A DNA stretch of 64,000 nucleotides from Myxococcota bacterium (lineage in GTDB: Bacteria; Myxococcota_A; UBA9160; SMWR01). The notes beneath the pieces were generated by a model that was not told the DNA's origin, did no database searches, and was given only the letters and a program-made list of their open reading frames with translations. The stretch lies in the NCBI GenBank assembly GCA_039030075.1, contig JBCCEW010000014.1, positions 51,896 through 115,895 of the forward strand, given 5' to 3'. A program made the translations under genes and the position numbers. This document shows positions 24,593 to 34,056 of the stretch, piece by piece (positions within the stretch are counted from its first letter, which is position 1; every line of letters begins with the position of its first letter).

Positions 24593-25923
24593 AGGTCCGC
24601 CGGCAGGACGGGGGACAGGGGTCGCGAGTAGAGCCGCTCGAGTTCGTCGTCGGTCAGCGCGGCCGGCGGCGCGAAAGCCGTCCCACCGAGTCCGCGCGAG
24701 AGGAACCCGGACGCGAGGCGTGCCACCATCGGCTGGGCCAGGTTCGCGCTGGCCGCGTGGCGGGTGACCGCCGCGCCGGGCGGGCCCTCGCGGAATCCGA
24801 AGCCCTCGAGCAGGTCCACGTAGTCGCGACCGCGATCGCTCCGTCGGGTCACGACGATCCGATCGATTCCATGTCCGGTCGGCACGCGCGCGCGCACGAC
24901 GTGATGTCCCGACGCCATCCGCAGCGTCGCGACATGGGCCCAATGGAACGGTCCGCGACCCACCTCGGGCTCGACCCACGCCTCGGCGACGCCGTCGACC
25001 GACCAGTACTGCCGGCCTTCGCCGAGCAGCCGCGCGGTGATCGTGTAGAGCCCGGGCTCGGTGAGATCGATCCGGTAGCGGAACTCGGCGCGCCCGTGCT
25101 CGGCTTCGGCCCAGGCCCCGGCGGACGCATTGCCTCCACCCTCGCGGGTGTCGCCCGACGCGTTCGTCGCCGAGGCGTAGCGTTCGCCCTCGATCCCGAA
25201 CGAATCGAGCGCCGGCAGGTGACGCTCGAGACCCATCGCGTGAACGAGCGAGCGCGCTTTCGCACCGAAGGTCAGACCGCGACCGGGTTGCCAGCCATTG
25301 CTCGGCGCGACACACAGCGTGCGCTCGACGGCGAGCTCGACACGCGTCGCCGCCGCCCCCTGACCCAGCCGACCGCTCACTTCGTGCGGACCAACGGTGA
25401 GCGGAAAGAGCGTCTCGGCCGACCCCAGGCCGAGTTCCGTCACCTTCACCGGCTGCAGGGCGGCCCGGTCCACGGTCCAACGCTGCCCACCGCGCCCTTC
25501 GACGGACAAGCGGTACAGGCCGGTGACCGGGACGTCGACGATCACGCGAATCGGCGTCCCCGCCGGTGCGGATGGAACCTCCGCCAACACGTGCAGGGGC
25601 CGCGGCGGCCCTTCGCTGGGTTCGTTGCGCTCGGGGCACAAGAGCGCGAAGCGATCCGCGTCGCGGGCGCCCGGCGGCAGTGCGTGATGCAGCCCGAAGG
25701 CCTCGGTGAGGTCGCGCGCCCATTCCTCGTGGGAGACGATCGCCTCGCCGCGCGACCACTGGGGATGGTCGATCTGGGGCAGCCCGAGCGGCGATTGGGC
25801 CAGAGCGGACCAACCCACCCAGAGCGCAGCGCCTGCGACTCCGAGCGAGCGTCGCCAGCGCGCCCGGGGGTCACGCCGACCGCGTCTCCTCGCCCCATAG
25901 TTCTTTGCGCGCACGGCGCCCAA
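24589..25923 (-). CDS. Hypothetical secreted protein (first gene of the EPS run)
   Basis: 444 aa. Arg-rich N-terminus followed by a hydrophobic segment SLGVAGAALWVGWSALAQS. No motif I can name. Coding status is supported by the ATGA coupling to the next gene. Confidence 0.5.
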   Translation of the reverse strand: MGAVRAKNYGARRRGRRDPRARWRRSLGVAGAALWVGWSALAQSPLGLPQIDHPQWSRGEAIVSHEEWARDLTEAFGLHHALPPGARDADRFALLCPERNEPSEGPPRPLHVLAEVPSAPAGTPIRVIVDVPVTGLYRLSVEGRGGQRWTVDRAALQPVKVTELGLGSAETLFPLTVGPHEVSGRLGQGAAATRVELAVERTLCVAPSNGWQPGRGLTFGAKARSLVHAMGLERHLPALDSFGIEGERYASATNASGDTREGGGNASAGAWAEAEHGRAEFRYRIDLTEPGLYTITARLLGEGRQYWSVDGVAEAWVEPEVGRGPFHWAHVATLRMASGHHVVRARVPTGHGIDRIVVTRRSDRGRDYVDLLEGFGFREGPPGAAVTRHAASANLAQPMVARLASGFLSRGLGGTAFAPPAALTDDELERLYSRPLSPVLPADL

Positions 25924-26414
25924 CGTCCACCTCAGCGAAAACCGGGAAGGGAGCTACGTGTTTCTCTTCGGGTGGATTCCGGGTTTCCTTGACCTTCCCG
26001 GGGCTTGGAGCCCTCGCGTGCCGCCGCGCGAGGGCGCGCGCGACCGGCAATCCGCCCGCAAGCCGGGCCGCCCTCGCGGATTCCACGGACGCGCGGGTGA
26101 TCCCCAGGGGGCCGGCTCAAGGGCGCGTGCTTTTTTGCCGATGCTTTCGGTACCCTTGGAGGGCGAACTGCGTATCCGAGCAGGACACGCTGGACGCACC
26201 GCGAGATGGAGGATTTTCCCTTCACCGACCCGTGGGTCGGGAGGGGACCGGGCCAGCCACCCGGAGAGGAACGCCGCCGAAGCGGCCGACCCCTCGAATC
26301 GGCTCCCGCGAATGGAACGCAACGAACCGCACCAACCGGGTCGACCCGACCGACGTCCCATCGCCACCGGCCACGCCTAGCGCTGTGTCCCGGCGGTGGG
26401 CCGGGGAACACGCG

Positions 26415-27770
26415 ATGGCGACGCCTGACTTCACAGCGCGCACGCTCCGCCGTCTACTGGCGAGCGGCGTCACGAACCGCGCCGAACGGCTGTTGGCGAA
26501 GATGCCTCCTGCCGACGTCGCGCCGCTGCTCTCCGACCTCACCCAGGACGAGGTTCGGATGGTCGTCGACGGTTTGTACCGCCAGCGGCGGGCCGCGCTC
26601 GTCCTCCGCGAACTCCCGCCGGAGATGCTGCCCCAGCTCTTCGATGCCCTGACCGATCAGCGCATCGCCGACGTCATTGCGCGCCTCGAGATCGACGACC
26701 TCCTCGAGTTCGTCGAGTGGATCCCCGAAGAGCGCCGCGACGACGTACTCCAGCGGCTGCCCGACTATCGCCGCGACGAGCTGATGAAGGCCGAGCTCTA
26801 CCCCGAGTCGAGCGCCGGCCGCGTGATGATCACGAGCTTCGTCGCGCTCGACGAGAAGATGACCGCCCAGGAGGCGATCGACTCGATCCGTTCGGTGGGC
26901 GACGACGACGAGTCGATCCTCTACCTCTACGTGGTCGACGATCAGCGCTGCCTGCGCGGCGTCGTGCCGATCCGCCGCCTGGTGGCGGCGCCCCCGGACC
27001 GACCGGTGGGCGAGTTCATGATCCCCGAGCCCGTGTGCGTTCGCGCCGAAGCCGACCAGGAGGAAGTCGCGGCCGCCGTGCGGCGCTACGACCTGCTCGC
27101 CGTTCCCGTCGTCGACGTAGACAACCGCATGCTCGGAGTGATCACCGTCGACGACGTCATCGACGTGATCACCGAAGAGGCGACCGAGGACATGTACCAC
27201 CTCGCCGGTCTCTCCGACGAGGACCGCGTCTTCAGCCCGGCCCACACTTCGATCCGCAAGCGCCTGCCGTGGATGCTCGTGAACCTCGCCACCTGCTTCC
27301 TGGCCGCGTGGGTCGTCGGCCTCTTCGAGCGCACGATCGAGCAGGTGGTCGCGCTCGCGGTCTTCATGCCGGTGGTCGCGGGCATGGCCGGCAACGGGGG
27401 CACCCAGTCGCTGACCATCATCACGCGGGCCATCGCCCTCGGCGAGCTCGAGTTCTCGACGGGCCTGCGCGCGGCGGCGAAGGAGCTGTCGGTGGGCCTC
27501 GTGATCGGCGCGATCACGGGCATCGCCAGCGGGGGAATCGTCTATTTCTCCCAGGGGAGCCCGGTGCTGGGTCTCGCCCTCTTCCTCGCCATGGTGGTAT
27601 CGATGGCCGTCTCCGGGCTGATGGGCGCCGCCGTCCCGCTGAGCCTGAAGGCGCTGCGCCAGGACCCGGCGCTGGGCTCGGGGGTGATCGTCACGACCTT
27701 CACCGATGTCTTCGCCTTCTTCGCGTTCCTGGGGATCGCCACCTTGCTGCTGGATCGCCTCCCCGCCTGA
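26415..27770 (+). CDS. mgtE: Magnesium transporter MgtE
   Basis: ATG at 26415. MgtE N-domain, two CBS domains (SAGRVMITSFVAL..., VGEFMIPEPVCVRAEADQEEVAAAVRRYDLLAVPVVD), then a TM domain with FMPVVAGMAGNGGTQS. Confidence 0.9.
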   Translation: MATPDFTARTLRRLLASGVTNRAERLLAKMPPADVAPLLSDLTQDEVRMVVDGLYRQRRAALVLRELPPEMLPQLFDALTDQRIADVIARLEIDDLLEFVEWIPEERRDDVLQRLPDYRRDELMKAELYPESSAGRVMITSFVALDEKMTAQEAIDSIRSVGDDDESILYLYVVDDQRCLRGVVPIRRLVAAPPDRPVGEFMIPEPVCVRAEADQEEVAAAVRRYDLLAVPVVDVDNRMLGVITVDDVIDVITEEATEDMYHLAGLSDEDRVFSPAHTSIRKRLPWMLVNLATCFLAAWVVGLFERTIEQVVALAVFMPVVAGMAGNGGTQSLTIITRAIALGELEFSTGLRAAAKELSVGLVIGAITGIASGGIVYFSQGSPVLGLALFLAMVVSMAVSGLMGAAVPLSLKALRQDPALGSGVIVTTFTDVFAFFAFLGIATLLLDRLPA

Positions 27771-27823
27771 ACAGCAACACGCAAGCGATCCCACCCGAGG
27801 CCGAGCGGGCTACCCTGCCCCGC

Positions 27824-28786
27824 ATGTCACTCCACACCCCTCTCTGTGATCTCGTCGGTGTCGACGTCCCGATCTTCCTCGCCGGCATGGGCGGCGTCGC
27901 CTACGCCGACGTCTGCGCCGCGGTTTCCGAAGCCGGCGGCTTCGGCACCCTCGGCATGGCCGGCGCTAGCCCCGAGGAGATCCGCGCCGAAATGGCGCTC
28001 GTCCGCGAGAAGACCGACAAGCCCTTCGGCGTCGACCTCCTCGCCGCGCTCCCCGAAGCGATGATGGCGTCGATCGATGTGATCATCGAAGGCGGCGCCA
28101 AGGCGTTCATCGCCGGTCTTGGTGTACCCGGTCCGGTGATCCAACGCTGCCACGACGCCGGCCTGCTCGTGATGAGCATGTGCGGCAAGGTCGAACACGC
28201 CCGCGCCGCCGAGGACGCCGGTTGCGACGTGGTGGTGGCCCAGGGCACCGAAGCCGGGGGGCACACGGGCCAGGTCGCCGGCATGGCGCTGATTCCGCAG
28301 GTCGTCGACGCCGTCGACATTCCGGTGCTCGCCGCCGGCGGGATCGTCGACGGCCGAGGGCTGGCCGCGAGCCTTGCCTTCGGCGCCCAGGGCGTCTGGA
28401 TGGGAACCCGCTTCATCGCCTCGCAAGAAGCGCGCGCGAACGAGGGCTACAAGAAGCGACTCACCGAAGTGGGCTCGGCCGACACGGCGATCACGCGTTC
28501 CTACTCGGGAAAACCGATGCGGGTCGTGCGCAATGCGTGGGTCGACGACTGGGAGCGTCGCCCCGAAGACATCCTGCGCTTCCCGGAGCAGATGACCCAC
28601 TCGGCGAACGAGGGCGTCCTCCTGTTCATGACCGTCGACGCCGACGATTTCGATCAGAGCCGCGCGTGCATGCCGTGCGGTCAAGGCGCGGGCGCCATCC
28701 AGGACATTCCCACCTGTCAGGAGATCATCGACCGCGTGATGCGCGACGCGTCGGACACCATCGAGCGCGTCCACGGCCTGCGCTAG
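27824..28786 (+). CDS. Nitronate monooxygenase / NMO-family FMN oxidoreductase
   Basis: ATG at 27824. PIFLAGMGGVA...VVVAQGTEAGGHTG...PVLAAGGIVDGRGLAASLAFGAQGVWMGTRF are the NMO/FabK-like blocks. Confidence 0.85.
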   Translation: MSLHTPLCDLVGVDVPIFLAGMGGVAYADVCAAVSEAGGFGTLGMAGASPEEIRAEMALVREKTDKPFGVDLLAALPEAMMASIDVIIEGGAKAFIAGLGVPGPVIQRCHDAGLLVMSMCGKVEHARAAEDAGCDVVVAQGTEAGGHTGQVAGMALIPQVVDAVDIPVLAAGGIVDGRGLAASLAFGAQGVWMGTRFIASQEARANEGYKKRLTEVGSADTAITRSYSGKPMRVVRNAWVDDWERRPEDILRFPEQMTHSANEGVLLFMTVDADDFDQSRACMPCGQGAGAIQDIPTCQEIIDRVMRDASDTIERVHGLR

Positions 28787-28803
28787 CGCGCGTCGAGCTC
28801 CTC

Positions 28804-29625
28804 TCAGCCCCTGCGCCGGCGGGGCCGGAATGCGATGAAGCTCAAGTCGTCGGGCTTGCTCGGATCCTGGTCGGCGGGTACCTGCATGCGCGTGCGGGCG
28901 AGTTCGGCGAGGCGAGCTGCCGACCCCTCGAGGTCGCCCGCGCACACCAGCGAGACGATCTCTTCGGTATGCAGGTTGTCGGCGAGACCATCGCTCGCGA
29001 TGAGCAGCGTGTCGCGCGCCGCCAGCTTGCGGGTGGACCCCATCTCGATCCGCATGTCATCGGCGCCCAGGACGTTCGACACGATGTGGCGCTCTTCGTG
29101 ATGCATCGCCTCCCCCTCGTCGATCACACCGGCCTCGAGCGCGAAGCCCACGGGAGAATGCGCGACGCTCTGCAACTTCAGCCGGCCGCGCTGACCGAAC
29201 TGCAGGATCATCGAATCGCCGACGTGATAGGGCCGGAGTCGGTCGCCATCCACTTCGACGACGGCCAACGTGGTCCCCGCGCCGACGCCGATCTCGAGCA
29301 CGGCCTGGTTCGCCCGCTCGAATCCGTTCAGGATCGCCGTGCGGAGCATCCCGCCCTCGGCCTCCCCTTCCTGCAGGGCCAGCCCGAGCGCCTCGATGGC
29401 GCGATGAGCCGCTTCGGCGCCCGCGCGCTCGCCGCCCATCCCATCCGCCACGGCGAGGACGAAGGCGTCCTCGAAACCGAAGACCGCCAGTCCATCCTCG
29501 TTCGGTCCGGCGCGGCCGGGGCTGCGACAGCTGAAGAACGCGACCTCGCCCGCGCCCAGCGGATGCACCCGGACTTCGTCCATCTCGCCGTCTTCGACGC
29601 GGTAGAGCGGGCACGCGTCCGACAT
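28804..29625 (-). CDS. PP2C-family Ser/Thr protein phosphatase
   Basis: NEDGLAVF...VLAVADGMGGERAGAEAA...LLIASDGLADNL are the PP2C metal-binding motifs. Confidence 0.85.
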   Translation of the reverse strand: MSDACPLYRVEDGEMDEVRVHPLGAGEVAFFSCRSPGRAGPNEDGLAVFGFEDAFVLAVADGMGGERAGAEAAHRAIEALGLALQEGEAEGGMLRTAILNGFERANQAVLEIGVGAGTTLAVVEVDGDRLRPYHVGDSMILQFGQRGRLKLQSVAHSPVGFALEAGVIDEGEAMHHEERHIVSNVLGADDMRIEMGSTRKLAARDTLLIASDGLADNLHTEEIVSLVCAGDLEGSAARLAELARTRMQVPADQDPSKPDDLSFIAFRPRRRRG

Positions 29626-29692
29626 GCGCGAGAGATTAGCCCCGTCGGCGCGACCGCAAGGACGGGGATTTCCCTATGTTCCGCGGCGACTC

Positions 29693-30952
29693 ATGGCGCC
29701 CGCGTCCTCGGATCATCAAGCCGCGACCCCCGATGTCGCCCCCCGGCCGCGCCGCGCGCTCGTGCTCTCGGGCGGCGGCGCGCGCGGTGCCTACGAGGCG
29801 GGCGTCCTCGCCCACGTCTTCGAGCACGTGCTTCCCGAGCTGGGCCCCCAGGCCGCCTTCGACGTGGTCTCGGGCACCTCGGTCGGAGCCATCCACGCCG
29901 CCTTCGCGGCGGCCACGGCCGACCTGCCCCCGGCCGAGCGGGCCCGCCGCCTCATCGACACCTGGCATTCGATGCGCATCGACGAGGTCATCCAACTCGA
30001 CGCAGCCGACCTGTTGAAGATTCCGCTGCGCGCGCTCGGCTTCGCAAAACGCAAGCCGCGCGGGAAGGGGCTGGTGGGGGGCCTCGTCGACTTCTCCCCT
30101 CTCGAGTCGCTGGTCGGGCGCGCGGTCCCCTGGGAATCGCTTCACGCCAACCTGCACGAACGACGCCCGGCCGTCCTGTGCATCTCCTGCACCGAGGTGC
30201 GCAGCGGACGCGTGACCATCTTCATGGACGGCGCACTCGCCGACGCGTCGCCCTGGCAACACGACCCGAACGCGCAAGCGATCTCGGGGCCGATCGGTGC
30301 ACGCCACGTGCGGGCCTCGGCCGCGATCCCTTTCTTGTTCCCCTCGGTGCGGATCGGCGAGCGTTTCTACGTCGATGGCGGCCTGCGCATGAACACGCCG
30401 CTCTCACCGGCGGTGCGCCTGCGTTCCGAACGGATCCTGGTCATCGCGCTCAAACCGAAGCCGGTCATCGATGCCGAGGCGCCGCCCTATCCCGAAGAGG
30501 TCATCACCCAGCCTGCGTTCCTGCTCGGCAAGGTCCTGGACGCCCTCACCCTCGATCAGATCGAGTACGAACTGCAGCGCATCGAACTCATCAACGCGAT
30601 GCTCGCCCAGGGCGAAGAGGTCTACGGGCCCGAGTTTCGCGAGCGCATCAACCCGGCGGTGCGCCGACGCCGCGGGGTCGGCTTTCGTCCCGTCGAAACG
30701 GTGACGATTCGGCCGAGCGAGGACATCGGCCGCATCGCGGCGCGCTGCTATCACGCGTCGGGAGGCACCCGCTCCCTGGGCGTGCTCCCCGAGCTGCTCG
30801 CGCGTGCCGCTTCGAGCGGCGTTCCCGCCGACGAAGCCGACCTGCTCTCGTATCTCTATTTCGACGGGCGCTTCACCCGCGAGCTGATCGAAATGGGCAT
30901 CGCCGACGCACGCGAGCAGGAGAACGAGCTCGCCGCGCTGCTCGCGGTCTAG
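29693..30952 (+). CDS. Patatin-like phospholipase
   Basis: LVLSGGGARGAYEAGVL (oxyanion GGxRG), VSGTSVGAIHAA (GxSxG) and YVDGGLRMNTP (DGG). ATG 29693 is preferred over 29624, which would abut the divergent PP2C start. Confidence 0.85.
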   Translation: MAPASSDHQAATPDVAPRPRRALVLSGGGARGAYEAGVLAHVFEHVLPELGPQAAFDVVSGTSVGAIHAAFAAATADLPPAERARRLIDTWHSMRIDEVIQLDAADLLKIPLRALGFAKRKPRGKGLVGGLVDFSPLESLVGRAVPWESLHANLHERRPAVLCISCTEVRSGRVTIFMDGALADASPWQHDPNAQAISGPIGARHVRASAAIPFLFPSVRIGERFYVDGGLRMNTPLSPAVRLRSERILVIALKPKPVIDAEAPPYPEEVITQPAFLLGKVLDALTLDQIEYELQRIELINAMLAQGEEVYGPEFRERINPAVRRRRGVGFRPVETVTIRPSEDIGRIAARCYHASGGTRSLGVLPELLARAASSGVPADEADLLSYLYFDGRFTRELIEMGIADAREQENELAALLAV

Positions 30953-31392
30953 GGCGCCGCTTTCGCGTCCGGGGTCGTCCAGTAGCGCGCTCCCGACACT
31001 GCGCAGGCGAGGATCGCGCCGAGTTGCGCCGGGACCCAGGCGCGCTCCCAGCCTGCTCGCTCCGTGACTTCGGTGTTCCCCGCGAGCGCGTCGCACAGCG
31101 TGGGGGCGGTGGCGGCGGCGGTCTCCCAGAGCCCGAAGGCGACGCCGAGACCCAGCAGCCACAGCGGTACGACAGGGACCAGGCACCAGCGGAGGGCGCT
31201 GCGCCAATGCAGCGAACCCTGCAGCAAGCCGGCGGCGACGAGGGCGAAGACCGCGAAGAGCAAGGTCGTCGAGAAGAGTTCGCGGCTGCAGTCGGCCTGC
31301 GGAACCACCGCGAGCAGCAGCGCATGGGCGTAGATCAGCAACCATCCGACGAGCCCGCAGCCGATGCGCAAGAACAGTTCGGCGAAGGACAT
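30949..31392 (-). CDS. Hypothetical membrane protein
   Basis: ATG at 31392. 147 aa with 4 hydrophobic segments ([63 protein letters not shown]). No homology recognised. Confidence 0.45.
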   Translation of the reverse strand: MSFAELFLRIGCGLVGWLLIYAHALLLAVVPQADCSRELFSTTLLFAVFALVAAGLLQGSLHWRSALRWCLVPVVPLWLLGLGVAFGLWETAAATAPTLCDALAGNTEVTERAGWERAWVPAQLGAILACAVSGARYWTTPDAKAAP

Positions 31393-31615
31393 GGCGGCGG
31401 CGGTCTCCCCAAGAACGCGACCCCGGGCGTGCGCGGACCGGCGCAGGATAGCGGCCGCCCATGTCGAGGGAACGACGAGTGCGTTGCTTCCACCCCACTC
31501 ACCGTGCCTGTTCCCTTGCGAAGCGCCTCCCGGGCCCGGATCATGCGGCCTCACAGGCGCACGGGCGCCACCGGGTGGTGGCGCTCGAGCAAGCCGTTCT
31601 GGGAGGCTGGTTCGC

Positions 31616-32014
31616 ATGGGAATGCTCTCTGAGTTCAAAGACTTCGCGATGCGCGGCAACGTGGTCGACATGGCCGTGGGTGTCGTGATCGGCGGAGCGT
31701 TCGGGAAGATCGTCACGTCGTTCACGAACGACATCCTGCTACCCCCGATTGGCCTCGCCACGGGCGGTGTCGACTTCTCGAATCTGTCACTGACGCTCAA
31801 GGAAGCCGCCGGCGAAGCGGCCGCGGTGACGGTGAACTACGGCGTCTTCATCAACACCGTGATCGACTTCCTGATCATCGCGTTCGCGATCTTCCTGGTC
31901 GTGAAGGCCATGAACGCCGCGACGAAGGAAGAGGAAGAAGCCCCGGCGGCGCCGCCCGAGCCGTCGAAGGAAGAAGTGCTGCTGACCGAGATCCGCGACG
32001 CCCTGCGCCGCTGA
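31616..32014 (+). CDS. mscL: Large-conductance mechanosensitive channel
   Basis: ATG at 31616 lies 9 nt after [50 protein letters not shown] is the canonical MscL N-terminus. Confidence 0.95.
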   Translation: MGMLSEFKDFAMRGNVVDMAVGVVIGGAFGKIVTSFTNDILLPPIGLATGGVDFSNLSLTLKEAAGEAAAVTVNYGVFINTVIDFLIIAFAIFLVVKAMNAATKEEEEAPAAPPEPSKEEVLLTEIRDALRR

Positions 32015-32129
32015 TCCGGCCCTGGAGAATCGAACGCACCTCGGTGGACGGCGGGTAGGCTCCCGTCGTCCACCGTGGCCGCATGGGTGACGCGCCCTCG
32101 CCCGGACGGCTTCGGTGCTCGGAACCGCC

Positions 32130-33302
32130 ATGCCGAAGCTTGCTCTGCTCGGGTGTCTGCTGCTCTTCTGGGTCGGCTGCGCCTCGATCCCCGAACTCCC
32201 TCCGCTCGAGGTGGCCCCCCTCGAGCCGGGGAAGCGCGAGCGCGTCGCGCCGGACCAGGTGTGGTTGATCGTCGACGTCTCGGGGTCGATCGATCCACAG
32301 ACCCAGTTCCCCGAGGAGAAGGCGGCGCTCCGCTCCTTCGTGGCCGCGATGCCCGAAGGCGACTACGCCGCGGGGCTCGTGGCATTCGGCGGCTTTCGTC
32401 GGCAGGTCCTGCCCCTCGAACCCTTCGATCGCCCCGCGTTGAGGCGCGCTGCCGCAGAATTGCCTTTCCTCGACGAGGGCACGCCGCTCCACACCGTCCT
32501 GTCCGAGGTCGGCGAGTCTCTCGAAGGTCAGCGCAAACGTGCGGCGCTCGTCATCTGGAGCGACGGCCTGCCGAGTGGCCCTGCCGGCCGCCAGGTCGAC
32601 CCGCAGCTCGCGCTCGATCGGGCGCGCGCGCTGTCCGAGGCCTACGACGGCCGCGTCTGCATCCACACCGTCCAGGTCGGGAACGATCCGCCCGGAGGCG
32701 ACTTCCTCCGCGAACTGTCGGAGACGTCGAAGTGCGGCTCTCACCGCGGGCTTTCGTCGTTGGACACGGCCGAGGCCCTGCTCGACTTCGAGCGCAAGGT
32801 GTTCCTGCGCAAGGTCCGCAAGCCGAAACCAAAGCCCAAGCCCGCGAAGCCCGCACCGAAGACGAGCGGTGCGCCCAACGACCGAGACGGGGACGGCGTC
32901 TCCGACGGCAGCGACCAGTGCCCGGAAACCCCGTCCGGCGCGAAGGTCGACCGGCGCGGCTGCTGGTCGATCCCGTGGCTGCTCTTCGAGACCGACCGCG
33001 CCGAGCTCACGGCCACGTCCGAGCAGAAGCTGCGCGACGAAGTGCTCCCCGTGATCCAGAACGATCCCGAGCTTCGGCTACGGATCGACGGGCACACGGA
33101 CAACCGCGGCAGTGCTGAGCACAACCGCGACCTGTCCCAGCGACGCGCCGAAGCGGTACGCCGCTTCCTGGTGCGACAGGGCGTCACCGCCGACCGCATC
33201 GAGGCGCGCGGCTTCGGCGAGAGCAAGCCGCTGGTCCCGAACGATTCGCCGGAGGACATGGCGAGGAACCGGCGCACCGAGCTCACCGTGCTCTCGCGCT
33301 AG
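32130..33302 (+). CDS. OmpA-family lipoprotein with vWA domain and thrombospondin type-3 repeat
   Basis: Lipobox LLFWVGC. vWA-like VWLIVDVSGS. TSP3 motif DRDGDGVSDGSDQCPETP. OmpA_C block IDGHTDNRGSAEHNRDLSQRRAEAVRRFLVRQG...NRRTEL. Confidence 0.85.
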   Translation: MPKLALLGCLLLFWVGCASIPELPPLEVAPLEPGKRERVAPDQVWLIVDVSGSIDPQTQFPEEKAALRSFVAAMPEGDYAAGLVAFGGFRRQVLPLEPFDRPALRRAAAELPFLDEGTPLHTVLSEVGESLEGQRKRAALVIWSDGLPSGPAGRQVDPQLALDRARALSEAYDGRVCIHTVQVGNDPPGGDFLRELSETSKCGSHRGLSSLDTAEALLDFERKVFLRKVRKPKPKPKPAKPAPKTSGAPNDRDGDGVSDGSDQCPETPSGAKVDRRGCWSIPWLLFETDRAELTATSEQKLRDEVLPVIQNDPELRLRIDGHTDNRGSAEHNRDLSQRRAEAVRRFLVRQGVTADRIEARGFGESKPLVPNDSPEDMARNRRTELTVLSR

Positions 33303-33934
33303 GACCCGCCTGTTGCGTAGGTGCGCGTGAGGTAGTCGCGGATCGGCTCGGCGCCCGCGATTCCGGTGCCGGTGTTGGGATCGTCGAGCCAGGGAACCGT
33401 GTCGGCGCCGCTGCGATCGCGGAGCGCGTCCTGGTGCGCGCTTCCCGCAGCGACATTCGTCAGGCGGTAGCGCAGCTCGAGGCTCGACAGGGACTCCCGC
33501 ACGCGCCGCGCCCCGGGAGACGATTCGTACGAGAAGAGCTGCAGGGGCGCTTCCGGCACACGGCCCGGCCGGGCGAAACCGCCGGCTCCCAGCCGCGGCA
33601 AACCGGCGAGCACCGTCGTGACGCGCATCGGCCAGCCCGGTCGGAGGGCCCGCGGAACAACCCCATCCCCGTAGCGCTCGAAGAGATAGGCGACGATGTC
33701 GTCGGACTCGTACAGGGCGAGGTCGCCGTTCGGGTCCACGAGGTAGGGGAACGAGCTGCGTCCGCCCCGCTCGACGACTCCCGGTCGAAAACGGGTGCCT
33801 CCCTTCGGGCACGGGTGGACCATCGCCTCGAGATCCAGCATCGAGAGGGCCTCGCGCACCTTTCTACAGAAAGGGCACGCCTCGAACTCATAGAGTTCGA
33901 GGAGGCGCTCCGGACGCGCGCCCCGGGCGAGCAC
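33299..33934 (-). CDS. Tandem glutaredoxin/GST-N (thioredoxin-fold) domain protein
   Basis: LELYEFEACPFCRKVREAL...FPYLVDPN and LQLFSYESSPGARRVRESL...VPWLDDPN are two GST_N_3/Grx-like units. The start is uncertain: GTG 33934 (after GGGGAG) or ATG 34066, which would overlap the divergent SDR start. Confidence 0.7.
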   Translation of the reverse strand: MLARGARPERLLELYEFEACPFCRKVREALSMLDLEAMVHPCPKGGTRFRPGVVERGGRSSFPYLVDPNGDLALYESDDIVAYLFERYGDGVVPRALRPGWPMRVTTVLAGLPRLGAGGFARPGRVPEAPLQLFSYESSPGARRVRESLSSLELRYRLTNVAAGSAHQDALRDRSGADTVPWLDDPNTGTGIAGAEPIRDYLTRTYATGGS

Positions 33935-34056
33935 CCGACTCCCCGCACCACCGCGCAGGACAGAACTGGTGGCCGAGGCTGCGTGGGCGAAGCGTGACAG
34001 CACGGCGTCTCCGGTTGCGAATGCTCTAGTATGCCGGCGACTTCTGCGGAGGCCCA

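Noticed and set aside
25924-26414. M-box (Mg2+) riboswitch upstream of mgtE
   Set aside because: I could not find the conserved M-box segments (for example the GUUAGGUGAGG-like core) by eye. It is kept only as a low-interest item to be tested with Rfam.
29624-29692. The longest-ORF start (ATG 29624) for the patatin gene
   Set aside because: It would place two divergent start codons on the same CATG with no promoter space. The added 23 aa are Arg/Pro-rich. ATG 29693 still precedes the GGxRG motif by a normal distance.
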